64,000 nt of DNA, taken from NCBI GenBank assembly GCA_002722245.1, contig PBLA01000003.1, positions 23,190-87,189 of the forward strand, written 5' to 3'. The position numbers and the translations under genes were made by a program. Positions 50,845 to 60,805 of the stretch are shown in pieces (the first letter of the stretch is position 1; each line of letters begins with the position of its first letter). The notes beneath the pieces are model-generated. The model was not told the DNA's origin and made no database searches. It saw only the letters and a list, made by a program, of their open reading frames with translations. This stretch comes from Flavobacteriales bacterium (GTDB lineage: Bacteria; Bacteroidota; Bacteroidia; Flavobacteriales_C; GCA-002722245).

Positions 50845-53800
50845 TTATTTTTTAATAAAGGAAATTGTCTCAACTTTAGCATCTCCAGAAACAACTATTG
50901 AATAATAACCTGATACTAGGCCAGAAACATCAATTTTTGATTTCCCTATTACCATATCCATCTCTTGAGATAAAACTATTTGTCCATGCGCATTAAACAC
51001 CTGAAGCTTCATTCCCTCTGATTGCTCATTATCCGAAAATAAAGACACATTTAACTCGTTTTCAGCAGGATTTGGATAGACTTCTAACATACTGCTCTCA
51101 ATAGACTTAACAGCCGTTCCTTCTTCATATACTGGATCTAAAATTTCAGCATATGAAATGACTTCTGTGTCAAACGATCTCGGAGTAAACATAGGATTAT
51201 TCTCATCGTCATCACACGTCAAGTTAGTATTTAGTTGCATTTGCTGATTAAACCCGTTTAATTGCGCAGCACACGAGGCAGTTGAATGATACTGGAAATT
51301 TTGAGTGATGTTTACCGTATTAAACGTAAAAGTATTTACTCCAAAGTTATTAGCCATGTTCATGGTTCCGCTAATACAAAATACATCAATTGCTGTGTTT
51401 GAATTACTCCAGAAGGTATTTAAACCTGGCGAAATTGCGGTTCCAAAATCAATGTTTTGTGAATTATTTACATATAAACCAGCATTTGAATAGTTATAAA
51501 GGAAGTTATTTCTGACAGAACCTCCTGAATTTCTGAATAAATATATTGGATTGCTAGAATCGTATATACAGTTTGAATGAATGTTACACCCATTTCCATC
51601 TCTAATAAACATTCCTACTCCGCTTCTAGCTGTTCTTCCGTTAAATTTGTTCATATCAATCTTATTGCACATAACATTCAAATCACTTCTTCTAGAAAAA
51701 ATCCCATAAAGCTCATTGTTTAACAAATCATTACTTGTAATTTGACCTGTACTATTAATTGTACTGATTCCTGTATTAAATCCAGAAATTTCATTTTCTT
51801 TTACTTTAAAGTTATTACTATTCCATAATGAAACAGCAGGAATTCGAACTGTATTACCTCTGTTAAGTATGCCGTTTGATATGGTATTATTTAACATCCA
51901 AACTTGGTTTCCACCACGAATTGAAATCTGAATATCAAAATTAAATGCTCCATTATTGGATAAACCGTTACTTACAGAAATAGTATTTGCTTCAATGTTT
52001 AAAGGATAAACTGATCGTCTACCAAGATTAGCCTCTATGGATGTTGAATTTCCAGAAAAATTATTTTGAGAAATTGTAGCTCCAGAAGCATTCATTTTAA
52101 TTCCGTGAAATTGTATTGATGTATTTGAGGAATATGATACAAAGTCGTTTTGACTAATACCTCCTGAGATCTCTGAACGAGAAATGTTAACTCCACTTGG
52201 TTCATTGTTGTTGATTGATACTTGACGTCCACAATCCTCATATAAAGGAAAGTCTGTATCTACCTTAAACTCATTCCCCGTAATACTTCTTGCAAAGTCT
52301 GTTCTGGAATCGACATTTACACCATACAAACAATTCTCGAATAAGTTGTTTGTTACCGAACCTTCTGTACTTTGAAAATCTAACGCCATAGTTGCATTGA
52401 TAAACGTACTGGAATTTACATCAACAGTATTTACGTTGTTAAAAACCAAACCATGCCAGGTATTAACCAAGTCGCATGGTCTAAAAACAGAGTTGTTTGC
52501 TTTTAACGTTGCACCGTTGTTAAATACAATTGCGGCACATTTTCCAAACACAACATCAACGTTTGTAATGTCTAATTCAGCAGCATCCACTGTAACAGTT
52601 ATATTGTCTCCGATCAAAATTTTACCCTCCCAAACTGTACCACTGGATATTATTTGATCCGCCAAAATCTGCTGTAATTCATTAATATTTGCTGATTGCA
52701 ACAAGCAGCAATTATTTGATTCTTCAACCTCAATAGTAGCAATATCCTGACATCCATTAATATATGTTACTACAGATTGATACGAGCCCGTCTCATCAAT
52801 TTCTAACGTATTACCACCAATTTCAATGAGTTGTCCATCTAAAAACCACTCATATGTTTGCACTAAATGGTTTATATTAACGTCAAGCCCTGAAATTATG
52901 GCATGAGCTTCTACCGCTAATTCAGCTGTTTCTCCGGGACAAATTGACTCCTCTGTACTCGTTAATATTGTATTCAATGCAGATTCACTAGTAAAATTAG
53001 GAAGACCAAAACCTCGTGTTGCAGTATTTGTATTTTGAAAAACATTTGGATTATAATTTGGATTAGCGCTACCCGTATTAGTTATTCTACCAACTGTTTG
53101 AGAGGCAGCGGCTACCCATCCCGCATTACTAACATGATAAATATTTCCATCCACACCAGTTTGAAGTCCACCGCCAAGATCGTTCCAACCGGATCCTTGA
53201 CCTGACCACCATATTCGGCTAATAGAATTGTTATTGTTTAGGTCAATTTGGTACAACTCACTCGGGCCATAACACCCATAGTATAAATATTGTCCATTTA
53301 TAGAGTATTCCAAATCAACTACGGCTGAAGTTGCTCCAGGGAAAGTTGTTGCTCCAATTGTATTACCAACTCCATTAAATGTACCTGTTTGCGTATTAAA
53401 TGTCTCCATCATAATAATGCTTGATCTAGGAGCTGCTGTGAAAACCGACCATGCTACTTCTACATTTATATTATCATTTAGTCTTGTTGCAGAATATGTA
53501 GGGTTTAAAACCGCATTATTAGGAACGTTTCCTATGTTAAACTGATTAGAATATTGTATTCCGTTTGAACTAATTTTATATACTGCAAAGGTTGATGCAT
53601 TATCAACAACTTTCGTAATTAACCAGTATTCAAAAGGGTTTGTAAGATTTGGAATGGCTATAATACCTTCTTGTACATTAACTCCAGATAAAGGATTATT
53701 TAATGTTGGTAAAGCCCCATTAAATTGAGAAAAAACACCTGTTGCAGCATCATAAACGTGAACTAATAAATCTCTACCGTTACCATTATTTGTTGGATCC

Positions 53801-54195
53801 GAAAAAATATAATATTGATCACTACAATTAATAACAGGAACAACTGTAACTGCTGTTGACGAGGAAGGATCTGCTCCTAAAGGTTCAATATTTGGCGTAT
53901 TAAGATTTGGATCAACCCTTTGATGGTTTGAGTTATACAAATTAATCCCATCTGTGTAAAATAATAAGTCACCAGTATTTGGGTCGGATACAACTGTAAT
54001 ACCTTCAGTACTATTTAAAGCACCAGCATTCGGACCAGCTCCTACTAATGCTCCGATATTACCAGTATTATCAATTGAAAATTCAGAGGGGTCAGCACCG
54101 CTTCCGAATATCCAGTTCGTTCGCTCTAATTGGGCTTTACCTGTTAACCAGGAGAGTAATATTAAAGCTGCGATAAAAGTGTATTGTTTTTTCAT
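50845..54195 (-). CDS. T9SS type A cargo: beta-propeller-like domain + Ig-like domain + right-handed beta-helix
   Basis: Signal peptide; NWIFG..EG..VSD..GDLLFYTDG; WHGL.F then many Asn-rich I..N.F/I beta-helix turns; VYPNPA..VFNAHG..GYYSI CTD. Confidence 0.82.
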   Translation of the reverse strand: MKKQYTFIAALILLSWLTGKAQLERTNWIFGSGADPSEFSIDNTGNIGALVGAGPNAGALNSTEGITVVSDPNTGDLLFYTDGINLYNSNHQRVDPNLNTPNIEPLGADPSSSTAVTVVPVINCSDQYYIFSDPTNNGNGRDLLVHVYDAATGVFSQFNGALPTLNNPLSGVNVQEGIIAIPNLTNPFEYWLITKVVDNASTFAVYKISSNGIQYSNQFNIGNVPNNAVLNPTYSATRLNDNINVEVAWSVFTAAPRSSIIMMETFNTQTGTFNGVGNTIGATTFPGATSAVVDLEYSINGQYLYYGCYGPSELYQIDLNNNNSISRIWWSGQGSGWNDLGGGLQTGVDGNIYHVSNAGWVAAASQTVGRITNTGSANPNYNPNVFQNTNTATRGFGLPNFTSESALNTILTSTEESICPGETAELAVEAHAIISGLDVNINHLVQTYEWFLDGQLIEIGGNTLEIDETGSYQSVVTYINGCQDIATIEVEESNNCCLLQSANINELQQILADQIISSGTVWEGKILIGDNITVTVDAAELDITNVDVVFGKCAAIVFNNGATLKANNSVFRPCDLVNTWHGLVFNNVNTVDVNSSTFINATMALDFQSTEGSVTNNLFENCLYGVNVDSRTDFARSITGNEFKVDTDFPLYEDCGRQVSINNNEPSGVNISRSEISGGISQNDFVSYSSNTSIQFHGIKMNASGATISQNNFSGNSTSIEANLGRRSVYPLNIEANTISVSNGLSNNGAFNFDIQISIRGGNQVWMLNNTISNGILNRGNTVRIPAVSLWNSNNFKVKENEISGFNTGISTINSTGQITSNDLLNNELYGIFSRRSDLNVMCNKIDMNKFNGRTARSGVGMFIRDGNGCNIHSNCIYDSSNPIYLFRNSGGSVRNNFLYNYSNAGLYVNNSQNIDFGTAISPGLNTFWSNSNTAIDVFCISGTMNMANNFGVNTFTFNTVNITQNFQYHSTASCAAQLNGFNQQMQLNTNLTCDDDENNPMFTPRSFDTEVISYAEILDPVYEEGTAVKSIESSMLEVYPNPAENELNVSLFSDNEQSEGMKLQVFNAHGQIVLSQEMDMVIGKSKIDVSGLVSGYYSIVVSGDAKVETISFIKK

Positions 54196-54235
54196 AACCT
54201 TCTTTTATTTTAAATTTTAATTGTAAAACAGGACT

Positions 54236-54338
54236 CAAAAGTAGATAGGTAGAGCCTTAAAAGTTTCGGTATTTTTTTTACATAATTTTAGAAAACCGAA
54301 CAAAAAAAATACGTAAATACCTGTAAAACAAGTACTTA
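54236..54338 (-). promoter_or_regulatory. Promoter region of the 1116-aa cargo gene with -7 element and palindromes
   Basis: Minus-strand TACTTTTG at 54243-54236; TTCGGT-N24-ACCGAA at 54265-54300; TAAATACCTG-N5-CAAGTACTTA at 54314-54338. Confidence 0.45.
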
Positions 54339-54467
54339 TCTGTGTTATAAGTTTAAAAAAAGAATCAAATTGAATGTGATAAAAAACCTAGTATTTAAGG
54401 TTTAACACTTTGAATTAATAAAAAGGGATTAGGAATTATTAGAAATAACTTTATTAACCTATAGTCT

Positions 54468-56738
54468 TTAATTAACAAAAACCCTTTCGTAAGTGATTAA
54501 GTTTCCGGACTGAAATTCTATGACATACACTCCTTTCTCAAAACTAGAAAGATTCAACACTTCATGTTGAGCAGGAGTAAGCAACTGATTAATTACTCTT
54601 CCCGACAAGTCCATAATCCTAATTTTATCAAGTTGCAACTTAGAATCTATATTAAATACCCCTGAGTTAGGATTAGGATATACCTTTAATCCTTTTTCAA
54701 GCAAATTTATATTGTGATCTTCTTTATTTAAAACAACAATAGGGTCTCCATAAACAACATTTGGTAATATCGTATCACCTTCATAGCTTACAATAATTAG
54801 GTCCGTTAATCTAATATCAAAATCTTTTACAATCTCTCCTAAGTTATCTGGAATAACGATTATACCTGTGGCTAAGTATCCCTGACCAGTTCTATTAATT
54901 TGGTCTGTTCTTGACATCCCAATATCAATTCCGTCGGTTAGTGGAAAACCATCAGCAATCATATCAACATTTTTTGTACCTAACCAACTGCCATTAAAAT
55001 TGGATGAGTTATCACTTCCAAAAACTTCTTCAAGGTCATGCTGCCATTTCATACTCAAACCATATACATTTTCAGCAGGTGTCACCGAGTCCCCTAAATA
55101 AATTTGGTAAACAATAGAGTCTGAACTTGACACTGTATCTGTTTTTGATGAAATGTAAAGAGGTGGACCAAAAGGATTTGTAGGTACGTTTTTATCCACT
55201 TTAAAAGAAACTTGCGAATAGTTTTGACGAACAGCTAATACATCATCAAAATCTATTTTTCCATCTCCATCTGTATCCGCATGTTTCAAATCAACTTCAT
55301 AATGTTTATTCCCCCAATCATCGCAGGTTTGATCTGTCCATGAGATAAGAGGTAATATTCTTCTTATACCATCAGAAACTCCAATACCTGCACCAATATT
55401 AATATAATCAGAGCTATTAACTTTACCATCATTATTTGCATCGCCAGGCCAAACACAATCATCCTCTATACATTTTCTGGGTTTCAATGTTATAAAATGA
55501 ATTGCTCCTCCTAAATATGCAGAGTCAGACCTCCATGATTCTCCAACAGCTACTTCAGGATAGCCGTCTGAATTTATATCTCCTACATGATATATCAGAC
55601 TGCCAAACTGTTGCTCTGGAAGATAATCCAATCCAGAAACCGTATTTCTATTTATTAACTCATACGCGGTAACATCACCTGATGAATCTAAAAAAAACAC
55701 ATAGGCCTCTCCATAATTATCAGGTGAAAATCCTTTATATGCAGTAACTAAAAGCTCATTTAGCCCATCAAAATTCAAATCAGGAAGAGATCTTAAAACT
55801 CTTCCAAAAGCAGAGCCGCTAACACTTAACCCACCAACAACAGGGTGAGAATTATCAATTCGTTTTGATGATTTCACCGAACCATCTGTATTTAATAAAA
55901 CAATCCAAAATCGATCTCCTTTTGTACCAGCGACTATGTCAGTCATTCCGTTCCCATCAATATCGCCTATATTTGCTAATCCATCACCAAATCCAGCATT
56001 TGGATATTTAATACCGGGAAAGTCCTCAAATGTTGGTAAAATCTTTTTGTAACCCTTTACTGTACCATTGGAATTTAAGTACAAAATATAGATTACTCCC
56101 ATATCAGCACCCACATCATGTGCTTCAAAAGCAGAGACAAAAACATCGGTATTTCCGTCATTGTCTAAGTCTCCTGCGGCAGAAACTTCCATTCCAAATT
56201 TATCGCCTAATGTAATATCTAAAATTGAGTTGTTTTGAGATATCTTAACATCATCCTTAACCGTTCCATCAGTATTCAAAAACAAGATATAAACCGCACC
56301 AGAATATAATCCAAAACCATTATCGTCCTGAGGCGCACCTACGACGACATCCATATTCCCATCTCCATCTAAATCACCTAATGTGTCAACTGATATTCCA
56401 AATGCAGCCTGCCTATGGATCAAACCTGAAAAACCACCTTTTCCTTCCCCAATAAATTGATAGGATTTAAATGTTCCATCAGAATTCATGAACGCAACAA
56501 CTAACTCACCCCGAGTAGTATGACCTAAGCCTGGTCCGGCAATAACCAAATCATTTATCCCATCCTTATCTAAATCACCTATTACTGTTGCTCCATGCAA
56601 ATAGGCGCTGTCCTCTTTAGGAATAAGTAACTCTTCGTTATTCAATTGAAAAGTTTTTAATAATTCAAAACTAAGTTGCTGACTGAATACAAAATTGGAA
56701 AACAGTATTAAAACTAATGATATATGTAATTTGTTCAT
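54468..56738 (-). CDS. T9SS type A cargo: FG-GAP (integrin-alpha-like) propeller + dockerin-like + cohesin-like domains
   Basis: Repeats FG..V...GDLDGDG..DVVVGAP..G.VYILFLN.DG; WPGDANNDGKVN and HADTDGDGKIDFDD Ca-loops; VYPNPN..GVYVI CTD. Confidence 0.85.
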   Translation of the reverse strand: MNKLHISLVLILFSNFVFSQQLSFELLKTFQLNNEELLIPKEDSAYLHGATVIGDLDKDGINDLVIAGPGLGHTTRGELVVAFMNSDGTFKSYQFIGEGKGGFSGLIHRQAAFGISVDTLGDLDGDGNMDVVVGAPQDDNGFGLYSGAVYILFLNTDGTVKDDVKISQNNSILDITLGDKFGMEVSAAGDLDNDGNTDVFVSAFEAHDVGADMGVIYILYLNSNGTVKGYKKILPTFEDFPGIKYPNAGFGDGLANIGDIDGNGMTDIVAGTKGDRFWIVLLNTDGSVKSSKRIDNSHPVVGGLSVSGSAFGRVLRSLPDLNFDGLNELLVTAYKGFSPDNYGEAYVFFLDSSGDVTAYELINRNTVSGLDYLPEQQFGSLIYHVGDINSDGYPEVAVGESWRSDSAYLGGAIHFITLKPRKCIEDDCVWPGDANNDGKVNSSDYINIGAGIGVSDGIRRILPLISWTDQTCDDWGNKHYEVDLKHADTDGDGKIDFDDVLAVRQNYSQVSFKVDKNVPTNPFGPPLYISSKTDTVSSSDSIVYQIYLGDSVTPAENVYGLSMKWQHDLEEVFGSDNSSNFNGSWLGTKNVDMIADGFPLTDGIDIGMSRTDQINRTGQGYLATGIIVIPDNLGEIVKDFDIRLTDLIIVSYEGDTILPNVVYGDPIVVLNKEDHNINLLEKGLKVYPNPNSGVFNIDSKLQLDKIRIMDLSGRVINQLLTPAQHEVLNLSSFEKGVYVIEFQSGNLITYERVFVN

Positions 56739-56771
56739 GTGCTAAAAAGACCTAATAAATAAAATTATCTA

Positions 56772-56849
56772 TTATTTAACAAAAACCCTTTCGTAAGCAG
56801 TTAAATTCCCGGACTGGAATTCTTAATAATATACCCCTTTCTCAAAACT
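56772..56849 (-). pseudogene. 78-nt relic of a T9SS CTD 3' end immediately upstream of the intact FG-GAP gene
   Basis: Reads SFEKGVYY*EFQSGNLTAYERVFVK*; 64/78 nt identical to 54468-54545 by manual alignment; internal stop. Confidence 0.82.
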
Positions 56850-57000
56850 TTATAATTCAAATCCTGCCCAATTAGTAAAGTGGGTAAAACATGATTAAAA
56901 GAAAAACCAACATTATGTAATTCCTGTAATTAGTAACTGAATTTATTCAACATTTTTTATGCCTTATGAAAGAAACATTAATAAAAATTATTCAAGAAAC

Positions 57001-57030
57001 AAAAAAGCCGGCAAGTTATGCTTACCGGCT
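57001..57030 (-). terminator. Intrinsic terminator of sdhCAB
   Basis: Minus strand AGCCGGTAAG-CATAA-CTTGCCGGCT followed by a T tract. Confidence 0.8.
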
Positions 57031-57049
57031 ACAACTTATTTAGTAAATA

Positions 57050-57805
57050 TTATTTATCCTTTGATAACACGGAAGCGCTCAAAAAGTCTCTATTCATTCG
57101 AGCTATATTGTCTAAAGAAATTCCTTTAGGACATTCCACCTCACACGCACCGGTATTGGTACAGTTACCGAAACCTTCTGTGTCCATTTGATCAACCATA
57201 TTCAATACTCTTCGATCTTTTTCTACCTGACCTTGAGGCAATAATGAAAATTGCGAAACCTTCGCGGAAACGAATAACATAGCAGATCCATTCTTACATG
57301 TAGCAACGCATGCTCCGCAACCTATACAAGTTGCTGCGTCAAAAGCCTTATCGGCATCTACTTTAGGGATTGGAATAGCATTAGCGTCTTGCGTATTTCC
57401 GGAAGTATTTACCGAAACATATCCTCCTGCTTGCTGAATTCTATCAAACGCACTTCTATCAACCACTAAATCTTTCACCACAGGAAATCCTGCCGATCGA
57501 AATGGCTCAATGGTAATGGTGTCGCCATCTTTAAACATTCGCATATGAAGTTGACACGTCGTTACTTTACGATCGGGTCCATGCGCCTCACCATTTATAT
57601 ACAATGAACACATTCCGCAAATTCCTTCTCTACAATCGTGGTCAAAGGCAACTGGCTCAATGTCATTGTTAATTAATTGTTCATTTAAGATATCCATCAT
57701 CTCTAAAAAAGAAGAATCAGGGCTTATATCTTTTACGTTATAAGTTTCAACTTTTCCTTTTGCTTTGGCATTTTGCTGACGCCAAACTTTTAAAGTTAAA
57801 TTCAT
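57050..57805 (-). CDS. sdhB: Succinate dehydrogenase/fumarate reductase iron-sulfur subunit
   Basis: [28 protein letters not shown]. Confidence 0.96.
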   Translation of the reverse strand: MNLTLKVWRQQNAKAKGKVETYNVKDISPDSSFLEMMDILNEQLINNDIEPVAFDHDCREGICGMCSLYINGEAHGPDRKVTTCQLHMRMFKDGDTITIEPFRSAGFPVVKDLVVDRSAFDRIQQAGGYVSVNTSGNTQDANAIPIPKVDADKAFDAATCIGCGACVATCKNGSAMLFVSAKVSQFSLLPQGQVEKDRRVLNMVDQMDTEGFGNCTNTGACEVECPKGISLDNIARMNRDFLSASVLSKDK

Positions 57806-57850
57806 GTCTTTACGTTTTTATGTTGCATATTTAAAAGCAACTGTTCACTA

Positions 57851-59866
57851 CTACTTGTAAGATCTTTGTTTTAATTCGATGTCATTAAATTCTAATTGCT
57901 CTTTATGCAAAACAGCATCGCTTGGTTCTCCTTTATATTCCCAAGCAGCAACATACCTAAAGTTTACATCGTCTCTTAACGCCTCACCATCTTGCTCGCC
58001 TCCAACTTCAACCGATTCTTCTCGGAAATGTCCTCCGCACGATTCGTTTCTGTGTAAAGCATCTTTTGCAAATAATTCACCCAATTCTAAGAAATCGGCC
58101 ACTCTTCCAGCTTTTTCTAATTCAGGATTCAATCCGTTTGCAACACCAGGAACTTTCACTTCTTTCCAAAATTCCTCTCTTATCTGTTTAATTTCGTCGA
58201 TTGCCTCTTTGAGACCTTGTTCGTTTCTAGACATCCCAACTTTGTTCCACATAACATTTCCTAAACGTTTGTGGAAATGGTCAACAGATTTAGACCCCTT
58301 GTTATTAATAAAGAAATCTAGTCGCTCCTTAACCTCTTTCTCAGCATCATCGAATTCTGTTGTATCAGTTGGAATTTCACCTGTTCGAATATCCTTTGAT
58401 AAGAAATCTCCAATGGTATACGGCAATACGAAGTATCCATCCGCTAGTCCCTGCATTAATGCTGAAGCACCAAGTCGGTTTGCACCATGCTCTGAAAAGT
58501 TCGCTTCACCAGCTGCATAACAACCCGGTACCGTTGTCATTAAATTGTAATCTACCCAGATACCTCCCATTGTGTAATGAACGGCAGGATAAATTTTCAT
58601 TGGTGTTTTGTAAGGATTCTCATCAGCGATTTTTTCGTACATCTGAAATAAGTTTCCGTACTTAGCCTCCACTACTTTAGTTCCAAGATCATTGACTAAT
58701 TTTTTATCATTAGCATCCAATCCTTTAATATTTGCCTCTGTTTTCCCATAACGTTCAATAGCTGAAGCAAAATCTAAATACACTGCTTCACCTGTTTGGT
58801 TAACACCAAAACCAGCATCACATCGCTCTTTTGCAGCTCTGGATGCTACATCACGTGGTACAAGGTTTCCAAAAGCAGGATATCTTCTTTCGAGGTAGTA
58901 ATCTCTATCTTCTTCTTTAATTTGAGTAGGCTTTAGTTTACCTTCTCTAATGGCCTGTGCATCTTCTAGCTTTCCTGGCACCCATATCCTACCATCATTT
59001 CTTAATGATTCAGACATTAAAGTTAACTTCGCTTGATCCTCACCAGAACGAGGAATACAAGTAGGGTGAATTTGTGTGTAACAAGGGTTCGCAAAAAAGG
59101 CGCCTCTTTTGTGCGCTTTCCATGCTGCGGATACATTTGAACCCATAGCATTGGTGGACAGGAAAAATACATTTCCATACCCCCCAGTACAAAGCACTAC
59201 AGCATGTGCAGAGTGTCTTTCTATCTCGCCTGTAACAAGATTTCGAGCAATAATTCCTCTTGCCTCGCCATTAATCTTGACCAAATCCATCATTTCATGA
59301 CGGTTGTACATTTTGATTTTCCCCTTATTGATTTGGCGATTCATTGCAGAATAAGCGCCTAACAAAAGCTGCTGTCCTGTTTGACCTTTCGCATAAAATG
59401 TACGGGACACTAATACCCCTCCAAATGAACGGTTATCCAACAAGCCACCGTAATCTCTGGCAAAAGGAACACCTTGCGCTACACATTGATCAATAATGTT
59501 CGCTGAAACCTCAGCTAATCGATATACATTAGCTTCTCGTGCTCTATAATCGCCTCCTTTCACGGTATCATAAAACAGTCGATAAACTGAATCTCCATCA
59601 TTTTGATAGTTTTTCGCCGCATTGATTCCTCCTTGTGCAGCAATAGAGTGCGCACGCCGAGGAGAATCCTGATAACAAAAAGCTTTAACATTGTAACCCA
59701 TCTCAGCTAATGAAGCAGCAGCAGAACCTCCTGCTAAACCTGTACCCACAACAATTACATCAATTAATCTTTTGTTCGCAGGGTTTACAACATTGATTTT
59801 ATTTTTATGATTGGTCCATTTATCTTTAATTGGACCTTCTGGTATGTTTGATTTTAATACTGACAT
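57851..59866 (-). CDS. sdhA: Succinate dehydrogenase/fumarate reductase flavoprotein subunit
   Basis: [36 protein letters not shown]. Confidence 0.97.
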   Translation of the reverse strand: MSVLKSNIPEGPIKDKWTNHKNKINVVNPANKRLIDVIVVGTGLAGGSAAASLAEMGYNVKAFCYQDSPRRAHSIAAQGGINAAKNYQNDGDSVYRLFYDTVKGGDYRAREANVYRLAEVSANIIDQCVAQGVPFARDYGGLLDNRSFGGVLVSRTFYAKGQTGQQLLLGAYSAMNRQINKGKIKMYNRHEMMDLVKINGEARGIIARNLVTGEIERHSAHAVVLCTGGYGNVFFLSTNAMGSNVSAAWKAHKRGAFFANPCYTQIHPTCIPRSGEDQAKLTLMSESLRNDGRIWVPGKLEDAQAIREGKLKPTQIKEEDRDYYLERRYPAFGNLVPRDVASRAAKERCDAGFGVNQTGEAVYLDFASAIERYGKTEANIKGLDANDKKLVNDLGTKVVEAKYGNLFQMYEKIADENPYKTPMKIYPAVHYTMGGIWVDYNLMTTVPGCYAAGEANFSEHGANRLGASALMQGLADGYFVLPYTIGDFLSKDIRTGEIPTDTTEFDDAEKEVKERLDFFINNKGSKSVDHFHKRLGNVMWNKVGMSRNEQGLKEAIDEIKQIREEFWKEVKVPGVANGLNPELEKAGRVADFLELGELFAKDALHRNESCGGHFREESVEVGGEQDGEALRDDVNFRYVAAWEYKGEPSDAVLHKEQLEFNDIELKQRSYK

Positions 59867-59882
59867 AACACGTAATATATAT

Positions 59883-60566
59883 TTAGTGGGTTAGTACATG
59901 AAACCATGCAATAACTATAAATAATAAAGGAACAAATACCGAATAAGCCTTTCCAAACTTTTCCAACCCCGGTGTATATTTTTTATCTCTAAAACCAACG
60001 GATTGGAATGTAGAGGCAAAACCATGTGCCAAGTGAAGCCCCAAGAAAATAAATGCTAAGGTGTAAACTCCTGCATTAATGGGATTACCCATAGTATGAT
60101 GTAATTCTTCCCAATACCTGAATTCTCCATTAGGTAATTTTCCTGACCAATCTCCTTTGAAAAATTTCGTGGCAATTTCATTGGCCCAAAACTGGATCAT
60201 ATGCACCACTAGGAAAAAGAAAATCATTAGTCCTGTGATAATCATATTTCTCGATACCCAAGAGGAATTGGCTGCTTGATTATCTGCCAAATAAGCCACT
60301 GGTCTTGCTTTTTTATTTTTTACAGTTAAAATAAGACCCATAGCATAGTGTACTAATATACCCGCAATTAAAATGGGTTGAGCGATGAACTGTACAATTG
60401 GGTTCGTTCCCATAAATTGGGATGCTTCATTAAATGCTTCCGGATTAATCACGGACAAAAAGTTAATGATAAGGTGTTGTAAGAGGAAAACCAATAGAAA
60501 CAATCCAGAGAGAGCCATGATGACTTTTCTACCGATTGATGTTTTCCCTAATCCTGATTTACTCAT
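59883..60566 (-). CDS. sdhC: Succinate dehydrogenase cytochrome b subunit
   Basis: Five TM helices with heme-ligand His residues; [23 protein letters not shown]. Confidence 0.93.
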   Translation of the reverse strand: MSKSGLGKTSIGRKVIMALSGLFLLVFLLQHLIINFLSVINPEAFNEASQFMGTNPIVQFIAQPILIAGILVHYAMGLILTVKNKKARPVAYLADNQAANSSWVSRNMIITGLMIFFFLVVHMIQFWANEIATKFFKGDWSGKLPNGEFRYWEELHHTMGNPINAGVYTLAFIFLGLHLAHGFASTFQSVGFRDKKYTPGLEKFGKAYSVFVPLLFIVIAWFHVLTH

Positions 60567-60775
60567 AGATTCAAAGTTTATGTTCTCAAATGAAATTTAG
60601 ATTCATACCACAAAAATACAACACAAATCGTTTATAACCTTGAATGGTACTTTGCAGTAGAAGGGGTATTCATAGACAGAAGTTATTAAAACATGTTGAA
60701 AAAGCCTTTAAACCCCTATTAATACTTATATTTGAGCGTGTTTACACCCTCATTTCCAGTTGGTATTGATGGTTT

Positions 60776-60798
60776 TTATTTAGAATCTTTCTAAACAA
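60776..60798. promoter_or_regulatory. Palindromic operator, Fur-box-like
   Basis: TTATTTAGA-ATCTT-TCTAAACAA, 8/9 arm match, in the divergent sdhC/pepP intergenic region. Confidence 0.55.
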
Positions 60799-60805
60799 AT
60801 AAATT

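Noticed and set aside
48934-56849. Diversity-generating retroelement (template/variable repeat pair) explanation for the CTD repeats
   Set aside because: Differences are not confined to adenines, are often synonymous, lie in the secretion signal rather than a ligand-binding region, and no reverse transcriptase is present in the window.
57879-58520. 213-aa antisense ORF inside sdhA
   Set aside because: Shadow frame of a highly conserved gene, Ser/Phe-rich with no motif. The same applies to the other short antisense or nested ORFs in the track.
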